From: Candidatus Woesearchaeota archaeon
GTDB lineage: Archaea; Nanobdellota; Nanobdellia; Pacearchaeales; GW2011-AR1
NCBI GenBank assembly: GCA_964410025.1
Contig: CAYPFA010000004.1
Span: 11,369 to 75,368, forward strand
Direction of reading: 5' to 3'
DNA: 64,000 nucleotides
Shown here piece by piece: positions 1-10,464 of this stretch. Below the pieces are notes generated by a model. That model made no database searches, was not told the DNA's origin, and was given only the letters and a program-made list of their open reading frames with translations. Position 1 is the first letter of the stretch, and each line of letters starts with the position of its first letter. Position numbers and translations under genes: made by a program.

Positions 1-72
1 AAATTTTGAAATACCTAAAGCAACTATAATGAATATTATTGTTATTAAAATTAAAATACTCTTTTTTTGCAT
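1..72 (-). CDS. 5' part of a secreted/membrane protein (runs off window)
   Basis: ATG at 72, open frame MQKKSILILITIIFIIVALGISKF (signal-peptide-like); TATA-like TTTAAATA upstream. Confidence 0.6.
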   Translation of the reverse strand, partial: MQKKSILILITIIFIIVALGISKF

Positions 73-102
73 ATTATAGATTTGTTGTGTTTATATTTAA
101 AC

Positions 103-2451
103 TTACTTTTTTCTCATCATAAAATAAACTAAAGCTATTCCAAAGGTGCTTATTATGAATGTGAATCCGTCGAAAAATGGTAATTTTACAGAGACTGAGC
201 AGGGATATTCGACAACTTGATTTACGCAAAGAGGATCATTTTTGGCTTTTAAAGTTCCGCTTGCAGTATAGGTAATTATCATTTTTCCTAAAGAGTCTCC
301 GCAATGATCTTCGCTGGATGTTTGAGTCCATTCGCAGGTTCCAGTTGCCGGTGTTGTTGTACAAGTACCTTCTTGACTTATTTCAAAAATTGAATTACAG
401 GTTTTGGTGCTTGCGTTCCATTTACAGCTGCAGCTTGTTGATGTGCATTTTGTACTGTCAACATCATTGCATTGTTCTGCTCTTGTGATGTTTATGGTTG
501 ATATCCAGTTTTTTGCTAAATTTAAATTGTCAGAAGTATAATTACAGCTTTTTTCGTCTGGCAAATCAGAGCAGTATTTTATTTCTCCTGTTGGTGGCAC
601 TATACAGGAACCATTTATGCAGGCAAATCCTACTGGGCAACAGGTTTTTCCGTAGGGAACGGTCATATTACATTTGCCAAAAATACTTTTGTCTGAAGAG
701 TATATTGGTTCCTGTAGACTTGAACCCTGTGTTGTCCAATATGCTTGGCTGTTTGCAGAGTTACAAACCCATTCTGCCGTTGAGAAATAGGTGCTTGCTG
801 ATCCAATTGTTATAATACTGGAGTTATATGTGATATTTAATTGAATATTATAAATACTTGAATCAAGATAAAATTTAGAAAATGTTACGTTGCCAGGGTT
901 CCATCTTCCAGATAAAATACCTGCTTCACCCAAATCTAAATCCCAATAAAGATGCGTGCCAGCTTCATACGTAATATCATTCGGCGCGTGGATATAAGAA
1001 CAGTTTAATTTTCTATCGTCAGTTGTAAAATTTTTGTTTGCTATTATTCCGGTGGTGCAATTTGCTATAAAGCTTTTTGAAACATCAAATGAAACAATTG
1101 TGGAATTTCCGTAGACAGAGCCTCTTATTGGGCTGGAAATTATCGGGATAACGTTTATTCCTGGAGATAATATTATAATGGCTGCTTCGGATGAATCAGA
1201 ATTTGTTCTTTTTGCCTCGCTTACAGTTAATTTTGTATAATATCTCCCAGATTGAGGATATGTATAGTTTGTGATACCCAGACTATTGTTGTACATTCTT
1301 TCTACAAAAGAATAATTTTCTGTTGTTCGAGTTTGCCCATTTCCGAAATCCCAGGTTATGTTTAATAAATCGTCTTCATCATAGGAACTTTGATTAAATG
1401 AAACTGCTGAAAGGTTTGACCATCTGGTTTCTCGGGTATAATCGTAGGTAGTTGATTCACTTGTTTCAATAGAAATCGGGTAGTTAATTTTTGAAACTGG
1501 TTTTGAGTTAGAAATTATATTGTCTGATGATAAGTATTCATCACCAGTTGAAGAGTAGCTTGATTCATTACTATAGGAATTATTGACAGACAAATTTGCA
1601 ATGTAATTTCCAGATTCATTAACGAAAAAAGTATTTGTATAGAATTTAGATAGCTTTAGTGTTTTCAGCGTCCATCCTATTTTTTTGGTAAAAATTCCAC
1701 TGGCAAATTTCGAAACAGAATAATTTATTGATTGATTTATTAAACCCAGTGATGATCCTGCGCTTGAATCAGTCGCTATTGAAATAATAACTGTGTCATT
1801 TAGTTGTGTGTTTGTTATAGTCTCACCCTTTAAATTTGCCCAATAAACATCTCCTATATCAGAACAGTTTTGTATTTTGTTTTGAGTGGTGTTTGTCTGA
1901 TTTGCTAAATATATTGTTCCGCTACATTGGCTCCATATTGTTGCGCTGGGAGTTACGCATGTATAAGTTGTTGTTGAGCAGATTTGTCCTGAAGCGGTAC
2001 AATTTGCTGTTGTGAGCCAATATTTACTGAGGTTTTGGCAACCATTCACAACATCAATAATGCATGTATAATTATTTTTTTGTATTTGTACTAAATTATT
2101 GGAGCATCTTTTCAATCCCGTTCTGTTGTCTGTGCAATTCCAATAGGTAGTATAACTACAATCTCCACCAAGAAGCTTATAAAAGAAAAATGTAGGACTA
2201 CATGTTTTACCATCACATCTAGAACTGTAGGATGGTATTTGAGTGGTAAGATTACATGATTGTGTTCCTAATGGAGGAATTTGACTCATAGTACATGGAG
2301 CTGTTTGGCATCGTGAAGTATAATACATTTCCCCGGGTTGTGTTATTGAGCAGCTTGCAGCAGCTTGTGTAATTTCGAGATTCATTATAAAAATTCCTAA
2401 AAAAACTAATAGTAATATTGCAAATTTAGAAAGATTTTTTTGTTTCATCAT
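103..2451 (-). CDS. Large Cys-rich cell-surface protein with PKD-like domain and C-terminal membrane anchor
   Basis: Signal peptide; PKD-like 'ITWDFGNG...NYTY...GRYYTKLTVS'; many N-x-S/T sites; C-terminal LPFF + TM helix + RKK. Confidence 0.75.
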   Translation of the reverse strand: MMKQKNLSKFAILLLVFLGIFIMNLEITQAAASCSITQPGEMYYTSRCQTAPCTMSQIPPLGTQSCNLTTQIPSYSSRCDGKTCSPTFFFYKLLGGDCSYTTYWNCTDNRTGLKRCSNNLVQIQKNNYTCIIDVVNGCQNLSKYWLTTANCTASGQICSTTTYTCVTPSATIWSQCSGTIYLANQTNTTQNKIQNCSDIGDVYWANLKGETITNTQLNDTVIISIATDSSAGSSLGLINQSINYSVSKFASGIFTKKIGWTLKTLKLSKFYTNTFFVNESGNYIANLSVNNSYSNESSYSSTGDEYLSSDNIISNSKPVSKINYPISIETSESTTYDYTRETRWSNLSAVSFNQSSYDEDDLLNITWDFGNGQTRTTENYSFVERMYNNSLGITNYTYPQSGRYYTKLTVSEAKRTNSDSSEAAIIILSPGINVIPIISSPIRGSVYGNSTIVSFDVSKSFIANCTTGIIANKNFTTDDRKLNCSYIHAPNDITYEAGTHLYWDLDLGEAGILSGRWNPGNVTFSKFYLDSSIYNIQLNITYNSSIITIGSASTYFSTAEWVCNSANSQAYWTTQGSSLQEPIYSSDKSIFGKCNMTVPYGKTCCPVGFACINGSCIVPPTGEIKYCSDLPDEKSCNYTSDNLNLAKNWISTINITRAEQCNDVDSTKCTSTSCSCKWNASTKTCNSIFEISQEGTCTTTPATGTCEWTQTSSEDHCGDSLGKMIITYTASGTLKAKNDPLCVNQVVEYPCSVSVKLPFFDGFTFIISTFGIALVYFMMRKK

Positions 2452-2852
2452 CTTCTTTTAAGCATAAGCTCAATCTTTTTCGGATCTTTCTTCATTTCTT
2501 TAACAACAGAAGCTGGTCCAATAAGAGTTATGGAATCTTGTTCGCCGACGAGAACTCGCGCAATATTATGTCTTACTTTGTTGAATAAACTTTGGTCTTG
2601 TTCTCCCGAAAGAGTTGAAATTTCTACACCTTGAAAATCTTTTATATTTCCGATAAGAGTCATGGTAGTTTCAATAAGTTTTGTTTCTTCTTCGGGTTTT
2701 AATCTTCCTTGTAGAATAATAATTTTATTTTCTAAAATTAAACCAATAATTTTTTTAATTCTCCCGATACCATCCTCTTTTGCTATTTCAGAATAGGGCA
2801 TGAAGTGAATGGTTAAATCACGAGCATCATGTTTCTCTTCTTTCTTCACCAT
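2448..2852 (-). CDS. DUF2073 / OapB-like protein
   Basis: 'KIIILQGRLKPEEETKLIETTM...FQGVEI...ITLIGPA' pattern; downstream of Era-like GTPase. Confidence 0.75.
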   Translation of the reverse strand: MVKKEEKHDARDLTIHFMPYSEIAKEDGIGRIKKIIGLILENKIIILQGRLKPEEETKLIETTMTLIGNIKDFQGVEISTLSGEQDQSLFNKVRHNIARVLVGEQDSITLIGPASVVKEMKKDPKKIELMLKRR

Positions 2853-2854
2853 CT

Positions 2855-3157
2855 TTATTTCTTAACTCCTTTTTTCTTTTTAAAGTTAGTGTTTGATGGA
2901 TTTTTGTTTTTTATTTTTTGAACTATTAGGCCGATAATGGCGCCGATGATAAAATACGAGATAGATGAAACTATAATAATTTCAGAAAGCGTATTGCTAG
3001 ACCAATATAATAAATCAGTTATTAAAAAAGCAGGAATAATTAATAATGAAACAGGACTATCATAAGAAGCATTTCCGCCAGAAATTAAAAAAAATATTAA
3101 TATTAATACCAAGTTAATTCCAAATAAAATTATTCCACCATTAAGCCAAGTTTTCAT
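2855..3157 (-). CDS. Small membrane protein
   Basis: 100 aa with about three hydrophobic segments; start overlaps upstream stop. Confidence 0.65.
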   Translation of the reverse strand: MKTWLNGGIILFGINLVLILIFFLISGGNASYDSPVSLLIIPAFLITDLLYWSSNTLSEIIIVSSISYFIIGAIIGLIVQKIKNKNPSNTNFKKKKGVKK

Positions 3158-3798
3158 TTTACCTTTTTAACTAATTTAAATAATTCGTCGTAAAAATTAT
3201 CAATTCCGTCACCTGTTTTTGCAGATATCCCTATAACTTTGTAATCTGGAAAAGCTGCTTCTATTTTTTTAATATCAGATTTTTTTAAATCAACCTTATT
3301 TGCTACAACTAAAACTGGAATATCTCTTGCGGCTAGATTTCCGATGATGGTTATATTAACCTGAGAATAGGGATTTTCCGTCGAATCTAGAACAATTACT
3401 ACGGCGTCCATGTCATCCAGCCACCTTATAGATTCAATAATTCCTTGAGTTGCTTCTTTTGCTCTTACTTGAGCATCTTTTTTGTTCATTCCAAATTCAA
3501 TAAATTCCTCATAGTCAATTTTTGTTGCAATACCTGGAGTATCAATAAGTTTGAATTCAAGTTTTTTACCGTCTTTTTCAATCATAACTTTTTCTTTAAA
3601 TTGAACATTTCTAGTTTCATGAGGAATTTTACTAACAGAACCAATGTCTTCGCCTAACCAATCTTGACAAATTTTATTTGCTAAGCTTGTTTTACCTGCA
3701 TTTGGAGGACCGTAAAAACCAAGTTTGATTTCCCCTTTTTTCTTGAAGAATCTTGATAAAAACTTTTTCGTAAATTCCTTAAATCTTTCCATCACCAT
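3154..3798 (-). CDS. Era-like small GTPase (OapA-like)
   Basis: G1 GPPNAGKT, G3 DTPG, G4 NKVD, G5 ISAK; linked to DUF2073 gene. Confidence 0.85.
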   Translation of the reverse strand: MVMERFKEFTKKFLSRFFKKKGEIKLGFYGPPNAGKTSLANKICQDWLGEDIGSVSKIPHETRNVQFKEKVMIEKDGKKLEFKLIDTPGIATKIDYEEFIEFGMNKKDAQVRAKEATQGIIESIRWLDDMDAVVIVLDSTENPYSQVNITIIGNLAARDIPVLVVANKVDLKKSDIKKIEAAFPDYKVIGISAKTGDGIDNFYDELFKLVKKVK

Positions 3799-3864
3799 AT
3801 TTTAACTTAAACTTGTTGATTTATTAACCTTTTGTTGCATTTGTTGTTCAAATAGCGTAGCAAA

Positions 3865-6582
3865 TTATCTACGATAGACATTTGGTTGTCGGTTAAATTG
3901 TTTAGTTGAGAAGTTTTGTTGTGAACCAATTGGGGACGGAGCTGGAACATTTTGTGCTTTATCGGCTTTTCTTTTTTCCGAAATAGAGATAATTTTTTCT
4001 ACCGGTATTATTTCAAACATTCCTGTATTTCTTCCTTCGGATTTTTTTATTGCGTAGGAAATTTGTTCGCCAGACCAACCACGAGAGTAAAGAATTTTTT
4101 CTATTTCTCTGTCTGATGTATTTTGAGAATGAGATTTATTGATAAACAAAATCAAATTAAATAAGGAGTCTCTTTGTTTAAATAAATAATTTTCGTATCT
4201 TATTTTATACCAAACCTGAAGAATCGTATAAATAATTAGCATAAAAATTAAAACTCCAATAATCCAAAGTGTCGTCGGTAATACTGGAAAACAATCGCCT
4301 TTACAATTGGTGTAATTTTCTCCAAGATTTTTTTCGCAAACTTTATTTTTATTGCAGGCTTCTATTTTTAAGTTTACAGGAAGCAAGCTTAATTTAGGAG
4401 ATATAAAAATTATAGGACTAAGGGAACTATTCACAAAAAAACTAAATTTTAAATTTGCATTTTGGCCCAATTTTATTGCAGTTGCTTTGCCTTGAAGGTC
4501 TGTTGTTTGTAGTGTTGAGGGAATATTTAGATTGTTTTTATTTTCTTGGATAATTACATAGCTATCGTCGGAATATTTGGAAATTAAATCAAGAGAATAT
4601 ATGGTGATTAGTGGTTTTACGGAACCATCTTCAAAAGAAATTATTAATTCTTCTTGCTTAATTTGAGAATCAACATTTTTTTTCTGCCACTCTAAAATAG
4701 CTGGCTTATAATCGGCAAAGTCTGAAACATTTGAATCAATCATGGTTTCTACGAATGAAGGATCGATTAAATTATAATCATAAACAAGAGAGCCTGTTTT
4801 TATCTCAGAGATGACAACGTTGGTTGGGACAATTATTTTAGAAAGCGATTTGGCAATTTCTAAAAATTGATCGGAAGATATTGCTGATGCTTTTAAGATT
4901 TCTATATCGCTTAATTGCGATTTTAGTAATTCTATTTTAGCTGATGAGGAGATAAAATTATTATATAATGATGGTAGCGCGCCTACTTCCGATTCAAATT
5001 GGAAAAGCTTATCTTTTTTATCCAATATGGTTGAATTAAGATAACCTTCCGGAGAAATCGCGACGATATTAAATGATTTCACACTTGAATAGTTTCCAGA
5101 ACCAAATTTTATTGTAAGGTTGTATTCAGAAATATTTCCATAGGCATGAGAAACAAATGGCTGCGTTGTGGTTGAAATTACCCCATCACCAAAATTCCAT
5201 TCATAAATTGAAAGATTATTTTTTTCATCAACTTTCACATAGAAGGTTACATTGATTCCTGCCGGAGGACTCATTGGATAAACCGATTGGATTATTGGTG
5301 TTTTTCTTACGTTCACTGATTGATTAAATAATAGTGTTTTAATATTTTCATCCGAAAGTTCTATGACTACAGTAATTAGTCCTGTGTTATTTATTCTCCA
5401 ATTCAAATTATTAAGCGTAATGTTTTCGTATAAATTCATTCTTGGATTTTCTTCAGATATCTCGAAAAATTTCGAAGAAACTACTTGTCCATCTTTGGAT
5501 TCAAATAATATTCTTAGTTGTGAGAGTGTTGCTGCTACATTTTCTCCTGATATTTTTAAAGGAATTACACAGCCAGCGGAACAATTCATAGAATACATTT
5601 TTTGAAGATAATAATTCATGGATGTAATAACAGATTCTTTGTAATTTTCTGGCAAACTAATAATACCTTCGGAAGTTGCATATTTTGGAGTTTTTATATA
5701 AACAGAATAATCGTTTGAGAATCCAGATGCGAGTGTATTATAAAAGCCACAATTTTCTCCAGAGTTTTCTTTTTTTAGATTGTAATTTGCGTTTTCATTG
5801 ATAGAGCTTACACAAACATAATATTTTCCAGCTGGTCTACTTTCGGTAAAATTAATTCTACAGGAAGAATCATCTGAATACACTGCGGAGGTTTCTGAAA
5901 AATTACAACTTGCTATATCGTTAAGATATTCATCTTTAAGCTTTAATACAATGTCTGATAATCCGGACCCAGATATATTTGCTCCAAGTAAATAAGATTT
6001 AGAACTTGTCAAAAATACTCTTTCACAATAAGGACTTGTTACAATCTTAACTTCCTGTGGAGTTACTGATTCATTAAAGCAGCCAATTGATGTATTTTTT
6101 GGATTAGAAAATGAATTAGAAGGTTTGTCATAGTCCCATTTGAAAATATCACCTATCTCCATTGAGAGGGGAATATTATCTTTTTCTGAAAAAGCTGAAG
6201 AGATAGATAGATTAAAATTTTTTATTGATACGCCTTCTCCATAAACTGCCAATCCTATTATTTTTTTATCTTTTGTGGTTTGAATTGTTTTTGTAATTTC
6301 TCCTTCGTTGGCTATGGTAAAAAGACTGCTACAGTTATTTGGTTCGCAGGATAGTGGCTTACCTAATTGTTTTAATAATTCCCTAAGAGAAACTTCACCT
6401 AGGTTAGAGATAATTTTTGCGTTGGTTGATGTATTTGCTAACTTAAGCGTAAAATTGCCAGCCAAGTTGTCTCCTACGGAATAATTTTTTTCCAAAGAAA
6501 GATTGAAAATTTCTGCCGAATAGGCATTGACAAAAGATAGACATAATAATGCAATTGCTATAATCAGCACTCTTTTTTTCAT
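3865..6582 (-). CDS. Large PKD-domain surface protein with Cys motif, TM helix and cytoplasmic tail
   Basis: Signal peptide; PKD 'YEWNFGDG...VSHAYGNISEYNLTI'; 'CNKNKVCE...ENYTNCKGDC'; TM helix. Confidence 0.75.
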   Translation of the reverse strand: MKKRVLIIAIALLCLSFVNAYSAEIFNLSLEKNYSVGDNLAGNFTLKLANTSTNAKIISNLGEVSLRELLKQLGKPLSCEPNNCSSLFTIANEGEITKTIQTTKDKKIIGLAVYGEGVSIKNFNLSISSAFSEKDNIPLSMEIGDIFKWDYDKPSNSFSNPKNTSIGCFNESVTPQEVKIVTSPYCERVFLTSSKSYLLGANISGSGLSDIVLKLKDEYLNDIASCNFSETSAVYSDDSSCRINFTESRPAGKYYVCVSSINENANYNLKKENSGENCGFYNTLASGFSNDYSVYIKTPKYATSEGIISLPENYKESVITSMNYYLQKMYSMNCSAGCVIPLKISGENVAATLSQLRILFESKDGQVVSSKFFEISEENPRMNLYENITLNNLNWRINNTGLITVVIELSDENIKTLLFNQSVNVRKTPIIQSVYPMSPPAGINVTFYVKVDEKNNLSIYEWNFGDGVISTTTQPFVSHAYGNISEYNLTIKFGSGNYSSVKSFNIVAISPEGYLNSTILDKKDKLFQFESEVGALPSLYNNFISSSAKIELLKSQLSDIEILKASAISSDQFLEIAKSLSKIIVPTNVVISEIKTGSLVYDYNLIDPSFVETMIDSNVSDFADYKPAILEWQKKNVDSQIKQEELIISFEDGSVKPLITIYSLDLISKYSDDSYVIIQENKNNLNIPSTLQTTDLQGKATAIKLGQNANLKFSFFVNSSLSPIIFISPKLSLLPVNLKIEACNKNKVCEKNLGENYTNCKGDCFPVLPTTLWIIGVLIFMLIIYTILQVWYKIRYENYLFKQRDSLFNLILFINKSHSQNTSDREIEKILYSRGWSGEQISYAIKKSEGRNTGMFEIIPVEKIISISEKRKADKAQNVPAPSPIGSQQNFSTKQFNRQPNVYRR

Positions 6583-6680
6583 AAGGTGTTTAGTTTAAAG
6601 GGGTTTATAAAAATAGTGTTTTACGATAACGATTTAGGTATTTAGGCAAAATTTAAATAGCGGATTGTTATTTCAAGTGA

Positions 6681-8090
6681 ATGAAAAAAAGCTTGGTGAT
6701 AATTGTGGGATTATTTCTTTTAACTCTTATTTTAATATCATTGCAGATTTCAATCACTGGTGATGTAATTTCAACCGATGGTTCTGAACTAAAAACAGAG
6801 GTTTTCTATTCTTCTTCACATTTTTCTATAAAAGATGTTTTACATAAAGGTATTGAAGAGCCAGTGGTTTTACCCGTAGAAGAAGTTGTTTTAGATGAAA
6901 CATCAGTTGTCGAGTCAACTAATACGACCGTTGCAAATAATACGACAATAGTTAAGCCAGTAATAAAAGTTCCTACGGGTCCAAAAAAGAAAATTGCATC
7001 TATTGAAGAAGAAATAACCATTGGTAGCACTAGTGGGATGAGTAGACCGAGCATCGCCGTTGACTCAAAAAATCAATCACATATTGTAACAAATAAAGAT
7101 GACTCTAAGGGGATATATATTTATCACCAAATAAATGGGAAATGGAGCGAGTCTAAATTTGCAAGTCCTGGTGGAAATTATGATGCTGGTCGTATGTATA
7201 TGCCACATATTGAGATAGATAGTAAAGATAGGGCTTGGATTTCTTGTAAGTTCGGGGCTAAAGAATGGGGAAGTATGCTTGGACAAGGATTATGGGTTGT
7301 GTCAAATGTTGCTAAAAATCCCTCCTCTCCGGCTTTTAGATGGATTAAGGAGTCCGAAACGCACAAGGGAAATGGCAATATTGGCTTGGATACTAATAGT
7401 CCCGACGAGGGAATTATGATGGGCTCACTAGGAAATTGGGCTAAATTCAAATTTGTTAATGGAAAAATTGAAAAAACTGATTCCGGAAATATGAATGCCG
7501 GATCTAGTGGAGAAAAGATCAGATTTGAAATAAGTCCTCGTTCAAAGCAATCTGGTGTTTGGCACACGGTTTTTAACGGATGGAGTCAGCAGGCAAGCAG
7601 TTATCAGAATTCTATTGGGGCTGCTAACGGAGATTCGCCCATTGTTTGGGCAAGTCACAGTACTTATCCAGAACAGGGTAGCGATTTTTCTCATCCTTCG
7701 ATTGGAATTGATTTTAAAAAACCGCAAGTTGCTTACATTGCTTCTGGATTTTCTAACGACGTTTTCGTAAATATTTGGGATGGAAGCAAAATGTTATATT
7801 CTTCAAATAATCTTTTGACCGTCGATACTAATACGGCGCAGAATGGAAATGGCGAGCTTAGATATGCTCCTCAATGGGCTCCGGCTAAAGGTGGTGGAAC
7901 ATTTTTATGTTGGACTGGCGGTGGAAATAAAATACGATTGAGATATATAGACTCTAGTGGTTTTATGGGAGTGGTAAAAGAAATTGGCAGTGGTTCGAAT
8001 TGTGCTATTGCAACAGATGACAATGGAAATATTCATATGACTTACGTTAATGGTGTGATGAAATATAGAAAGATTGTAACGAATTATTAA
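6681..8090 (+). CDS. Secreted protein, probable beta-propeller
   Basis: Signal/anchor 'ISITGDVI'; repeated 'PSIAVDSKNQSHI', 'PHIEIDSKDRAWI', 'AIATDDNGNIHM' blades. Confidence 0.6.
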   Translation: MKKSLVIIVGLFLLTLILISLQISITGDVISTDGSELKTEVFYSSSHFSIKDVLHKGIEEPVVLPVEEVVLDETSVVESTNTTVANNTTIVKPVIKVPTGPKKKIASIEEEITIGSTSGMSRPSIAVDSKNQSHIVTNKDDSKGIYIYHQINGKWSESKFASPGGNYDAGRMYMPHIEIDSKDRAWISCKFGAKEWGSMLGQGLWVVSNVAKNPSSPAFRWIKESETHKGNGNIGLDTNSPDEGIMMGSLGNWAKFKFVNGKIEKTDSGNMNAGSSGEKIRFEISPRSKQSGVWHTVFNGWSQQASSYQNSIGAANGDSPIVWASHSTYPEQGSDFSHPSIGIDFKKPQVAYIASGFSNDVFVNIWDGSKMLYSSNNLLTVDTNTAQNGNGELRYAPQWAPAKGGGTFLCWTGGGNKIRLRYIDSSGFMGVVKEIGSGSNCAIATDDNGNIHMTYVNGVMKYRKIVTNY

Positions 8091-8102
8091 TTCTTAGTAA
8101 GC

Positions 8103-8110
8103 TTTATAAA
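8103..8110 (+). promoter_or_regulatory. Archaeal TATA box of rps6e (leaderless)
   Basis: TTTATAAA ending 22 nt before ATG 8132; same spacing at 43170, 46869, 52075. Confidence 0.6.
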
Positions 8111-8131
8111 TGATATTTTCAACAGATAAAT

Positions 8132-8521
8132 ATGGCATTCAAAGTAAATGTTTCGGACAAGGGAAAAGCAATTCATTTTGATACAGATAATGAAGAGTTA
8201 ATCGGAATCACATTTGGAAGTGTTATCGACGGTAAAATGATTTCTACTGAACTTGAAGGATATGAGTTGGTTGTTAAAGGAAGTTCGGATAAAGCTGGCT
8301 TTCCTGGAATTCCTGCTGAAAAGGGTCCAACACTAAAGAGAGTAATGTTAAAAAAAGGAATTGGAATGAAAGATAATACTGAAGGATTAAGATTAAGAAA
8401 AACTGTTCGAGGAAACGAAATTTCTGCTGATACTGTTCAAATCAATACAATCGTTAAGAAAGAAGGCGCAAAGAAATTCGAATCTTTGATACCCGTAAAA
8501 GCTGAAGCAGCTAAAAAGTAA
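8132..8521 (+). CDS. rps6e: 30S ribosomal protein S6e
   Basis: 'GYELVVKGSSDKAGFP...GLRLRKTVRGNEIS..TVQIN' eS6 motifs. Confidence 0.95.
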   Translation: MAFKVNVSDKGKAIHFDTDNEELIGITFGSVIDGKMISTELEGYELVVKGSSDKAGFPGIPAEKGPTLKRVMLKKGIGMKDNTEGLRLRKTVRGNEISADTVQINTIVKKEGAKKFESLIPVKAEAAKK

Positions 8522-8575
8522 TTCTGTATATTTAAACAAACAAATCCTTATAAAAGATAGAAGACTCTGATTTAT

Positions 8576-8968
8576 ATGAATTCGGACAGAGTGATTAATA
8601 ATATTGAAATTCCGAGAACATATCACGATGTGGTTTCTAAATTAAACCTAATAAGAGATTTTTATTGCGAGAAAAATATTTTTCGTCCATGCCGAATGAT
8701 ATATTCTAAAAAAGCATTTGATGGTGTAAAAGGCGTTCCTGTTGGTTATCGTGCTGCATTAATGGAAACTGCGAGAGATAAAAAAATGGAACTTATTGAA
8801 TTAATGGATATGCCTTTTATCCAAATGGAAAAGTTTGGTTCGCTTAGAGGCGATGATAAATTACCGATAGGATTTACTGGTGATGGTTGGCTGGGAAGAA
8901 ATGCATACGCAAATTTTCAAGTTTATGATTTAGCGTTGGCAAGTGAAAATTTTAGAATTAAAAAATAA
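8576..8968 (+). CDS. Hypothetical protein
   Basis: 130 aa ORF with own TATA-like CTTATAAA. Confidence 0.55.
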   Translation: MNSDRVINNIEIPRTYHDVVSKLNLIRDFYCEKNIFRPCRMIYSKKAFDGVKGVPVGYRAALMETARDKKMELIELMDMPFIQMEKFGSLRGDDKLPIGFTGDGWLGRNAYANFQVYDLALASENFRIKK

Positions 8969-9646
8969 TTATTCAAAAATACCTTTAACATAGAGTGTTT
9001 CAATTAGTGCCGTAACGTCATGATTTTCTTTTAAAACGATTTCTTTTACTTCGGCAGGTGTCCTAAAATTAGCTCTAAACTGTCCACCATAGAAATTTTT
9101 TCTGTCTTTAGCTGCACAGTATGTGTCGGCAAGAGCTACAATTCTTGCGAATTTCATATAATCATCAACTAACTTCGGAGTGGCGGATGTTGGAAAAATT
9201 AATTCGGGTAGGACTTCGGGATAACCTTTTATAAACCGATGATGATATAGCGCAGAGGTTGAAGAAAAATAGTGTTTTTCGTTGAATAGCATTTTGTGGC
9301 CGAGTGTTGTATGCTTTCTTATTAATACCATTTCTTCAGAAGTTGGGCATCTATCGGTTAGTCTTAAGAGTTCACCCGGAATTTCATCCGAAAGTTTTCC
9401 GGCGTCATGTAATTCCCCGCAATACATTGCTGTTCTTTTGGAATAATAGAGAGATCCTGCGATGTCCATGCTTTTCTCACAAACTCTAACAGAATGTCGT
9501 GCAGTTTCTTCGTCTTTTGCCTGAAATTTTTCTAAATATCCCATTAAATATTGAATCTCATTATTTGATTCTATGTTCTCTTTGGCTATTCTAAACAGCT
9601 TATCTCTAAGTGCAGGCATGGTTATCGGAATTTCGATAGAGCTCAT
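8969..9646 (-). CDS. HD-domain (HD-GYP-like) phosphohydrolase
   Basis: 'HSVRV', 'LHDAGK', 'HTTLG', 'YHH', 'GYP', 'IVALAD'. Confidence 0.8.
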   Translation of the reverse strand: MSSIEIPITMPALRDKLFRIAKENIESNNEIQYLMGYLEKFQAKDEETARHSVRVCEKSMDIAGSLYYSKRTAMYCGELHDAGKLSDEIPGELLRLTDRCPTSEEMVLIRKHTTLGHKMLFNEKHYFSSTSALYHHRFIKGYPEVLPELIFPTSATPKLVDDYMKFARIVALADTYCAAKDRKNFYGGQFRANFRTPAEVKEIVLKENHDVTALIETLYVKGIFE

Positions 9647-9779
9647 AAAATTGTATGGTTTTGAGCCTTTTAAGGATTTACGGACTTTTTAACAACCAAT
9701 TGGTAGTGAAAATATCATCAGAATTCTTAATGAAAATAGCACCACAAATGTTTAAGAAATCTAAAGATTATTGTTTTGT

Positions 9780-10430
9780 ATGTTAAATGAAGATTTTTTT
9801 AATAAACTAAAAGAGCAAGTGCAGCAATATTTTGAACCGACTGGCGGACACGAAATAGAGCACACGGAAAGAGTGTACAGATTGGCTTTAACCATCGCCA
9901 AAACAGAGAAAAATGTTGATTTAGATATACTTAGAGCATCTGCCTTACTTCACGACATTGCAAGAAAGAAGCAGGAAGAGATGAATGATACAATTTGTCA
10001 TGCAACAGAAGGCGGAAAGATGGCTAGAGAACTTTTAATTAAAACGGAATTTCCAAAAGAAAAAATTGGAGCTGTAAGCTATGCTATTGAATCACATAGA
10101 TACTCGAAAGGGATTAAACCCACAACTATTGAAGCAGAAATTTTGCAAGATGCGGATAGGTTAGAGGCTCTCGGAGCGGTAGCTATCTCGAGAATATTTG
10201 CTTATAATGGAAAAAGAAATGTAAAAGTTCATGACCCTAAAATTCATCCGAAGGAAAAATATGAAGATTCCCAAAATACTACGGCCATAAATCACTTCTA
10301 TGAAAAAATATTAAAGATAAAACCAGAAACATTTAATACGAAAAAGGGAAGAGAGTTGGCCAAGGAAAGATATGAATTTATCAAAGAATTTTTAGACAGA
10401 TTTGTGAAAGAATGGGAAGGGAAAGAATAA
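9780..10430 (+). CDS. HD-domain phosphohydrolase (YedJ-like)
   Basis: 'GHEIEHTERV', 'LLHDI', 'LQDADRLEALGA', 'HFYEKIL'; ATG 9780 preferred over TTG 9771. Confidence 0.85.
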   Translation: MLNEDFFNKLKEQVQQYFEPTGGHEIEHTERVYRLALTIAKTEKNVDLDILRASALLHDIARKKQEEMNDTICHATEGGKMARELLIKTEFPKEKIGAVSYAIESHRYSKGIKPTTIEAEILQDADRLEALGAVAISRIFAYNGKRNVKVHDPKIHPKEKYEDSQNTTAINHFYEKILKIKPETFNTKKGRELAKERYEFIKEFLDRFVKEWEGKE

Positions 10431-10464
10431 TCATCTTTAAAAAAGGAGATTTCTTAACTAAAAT

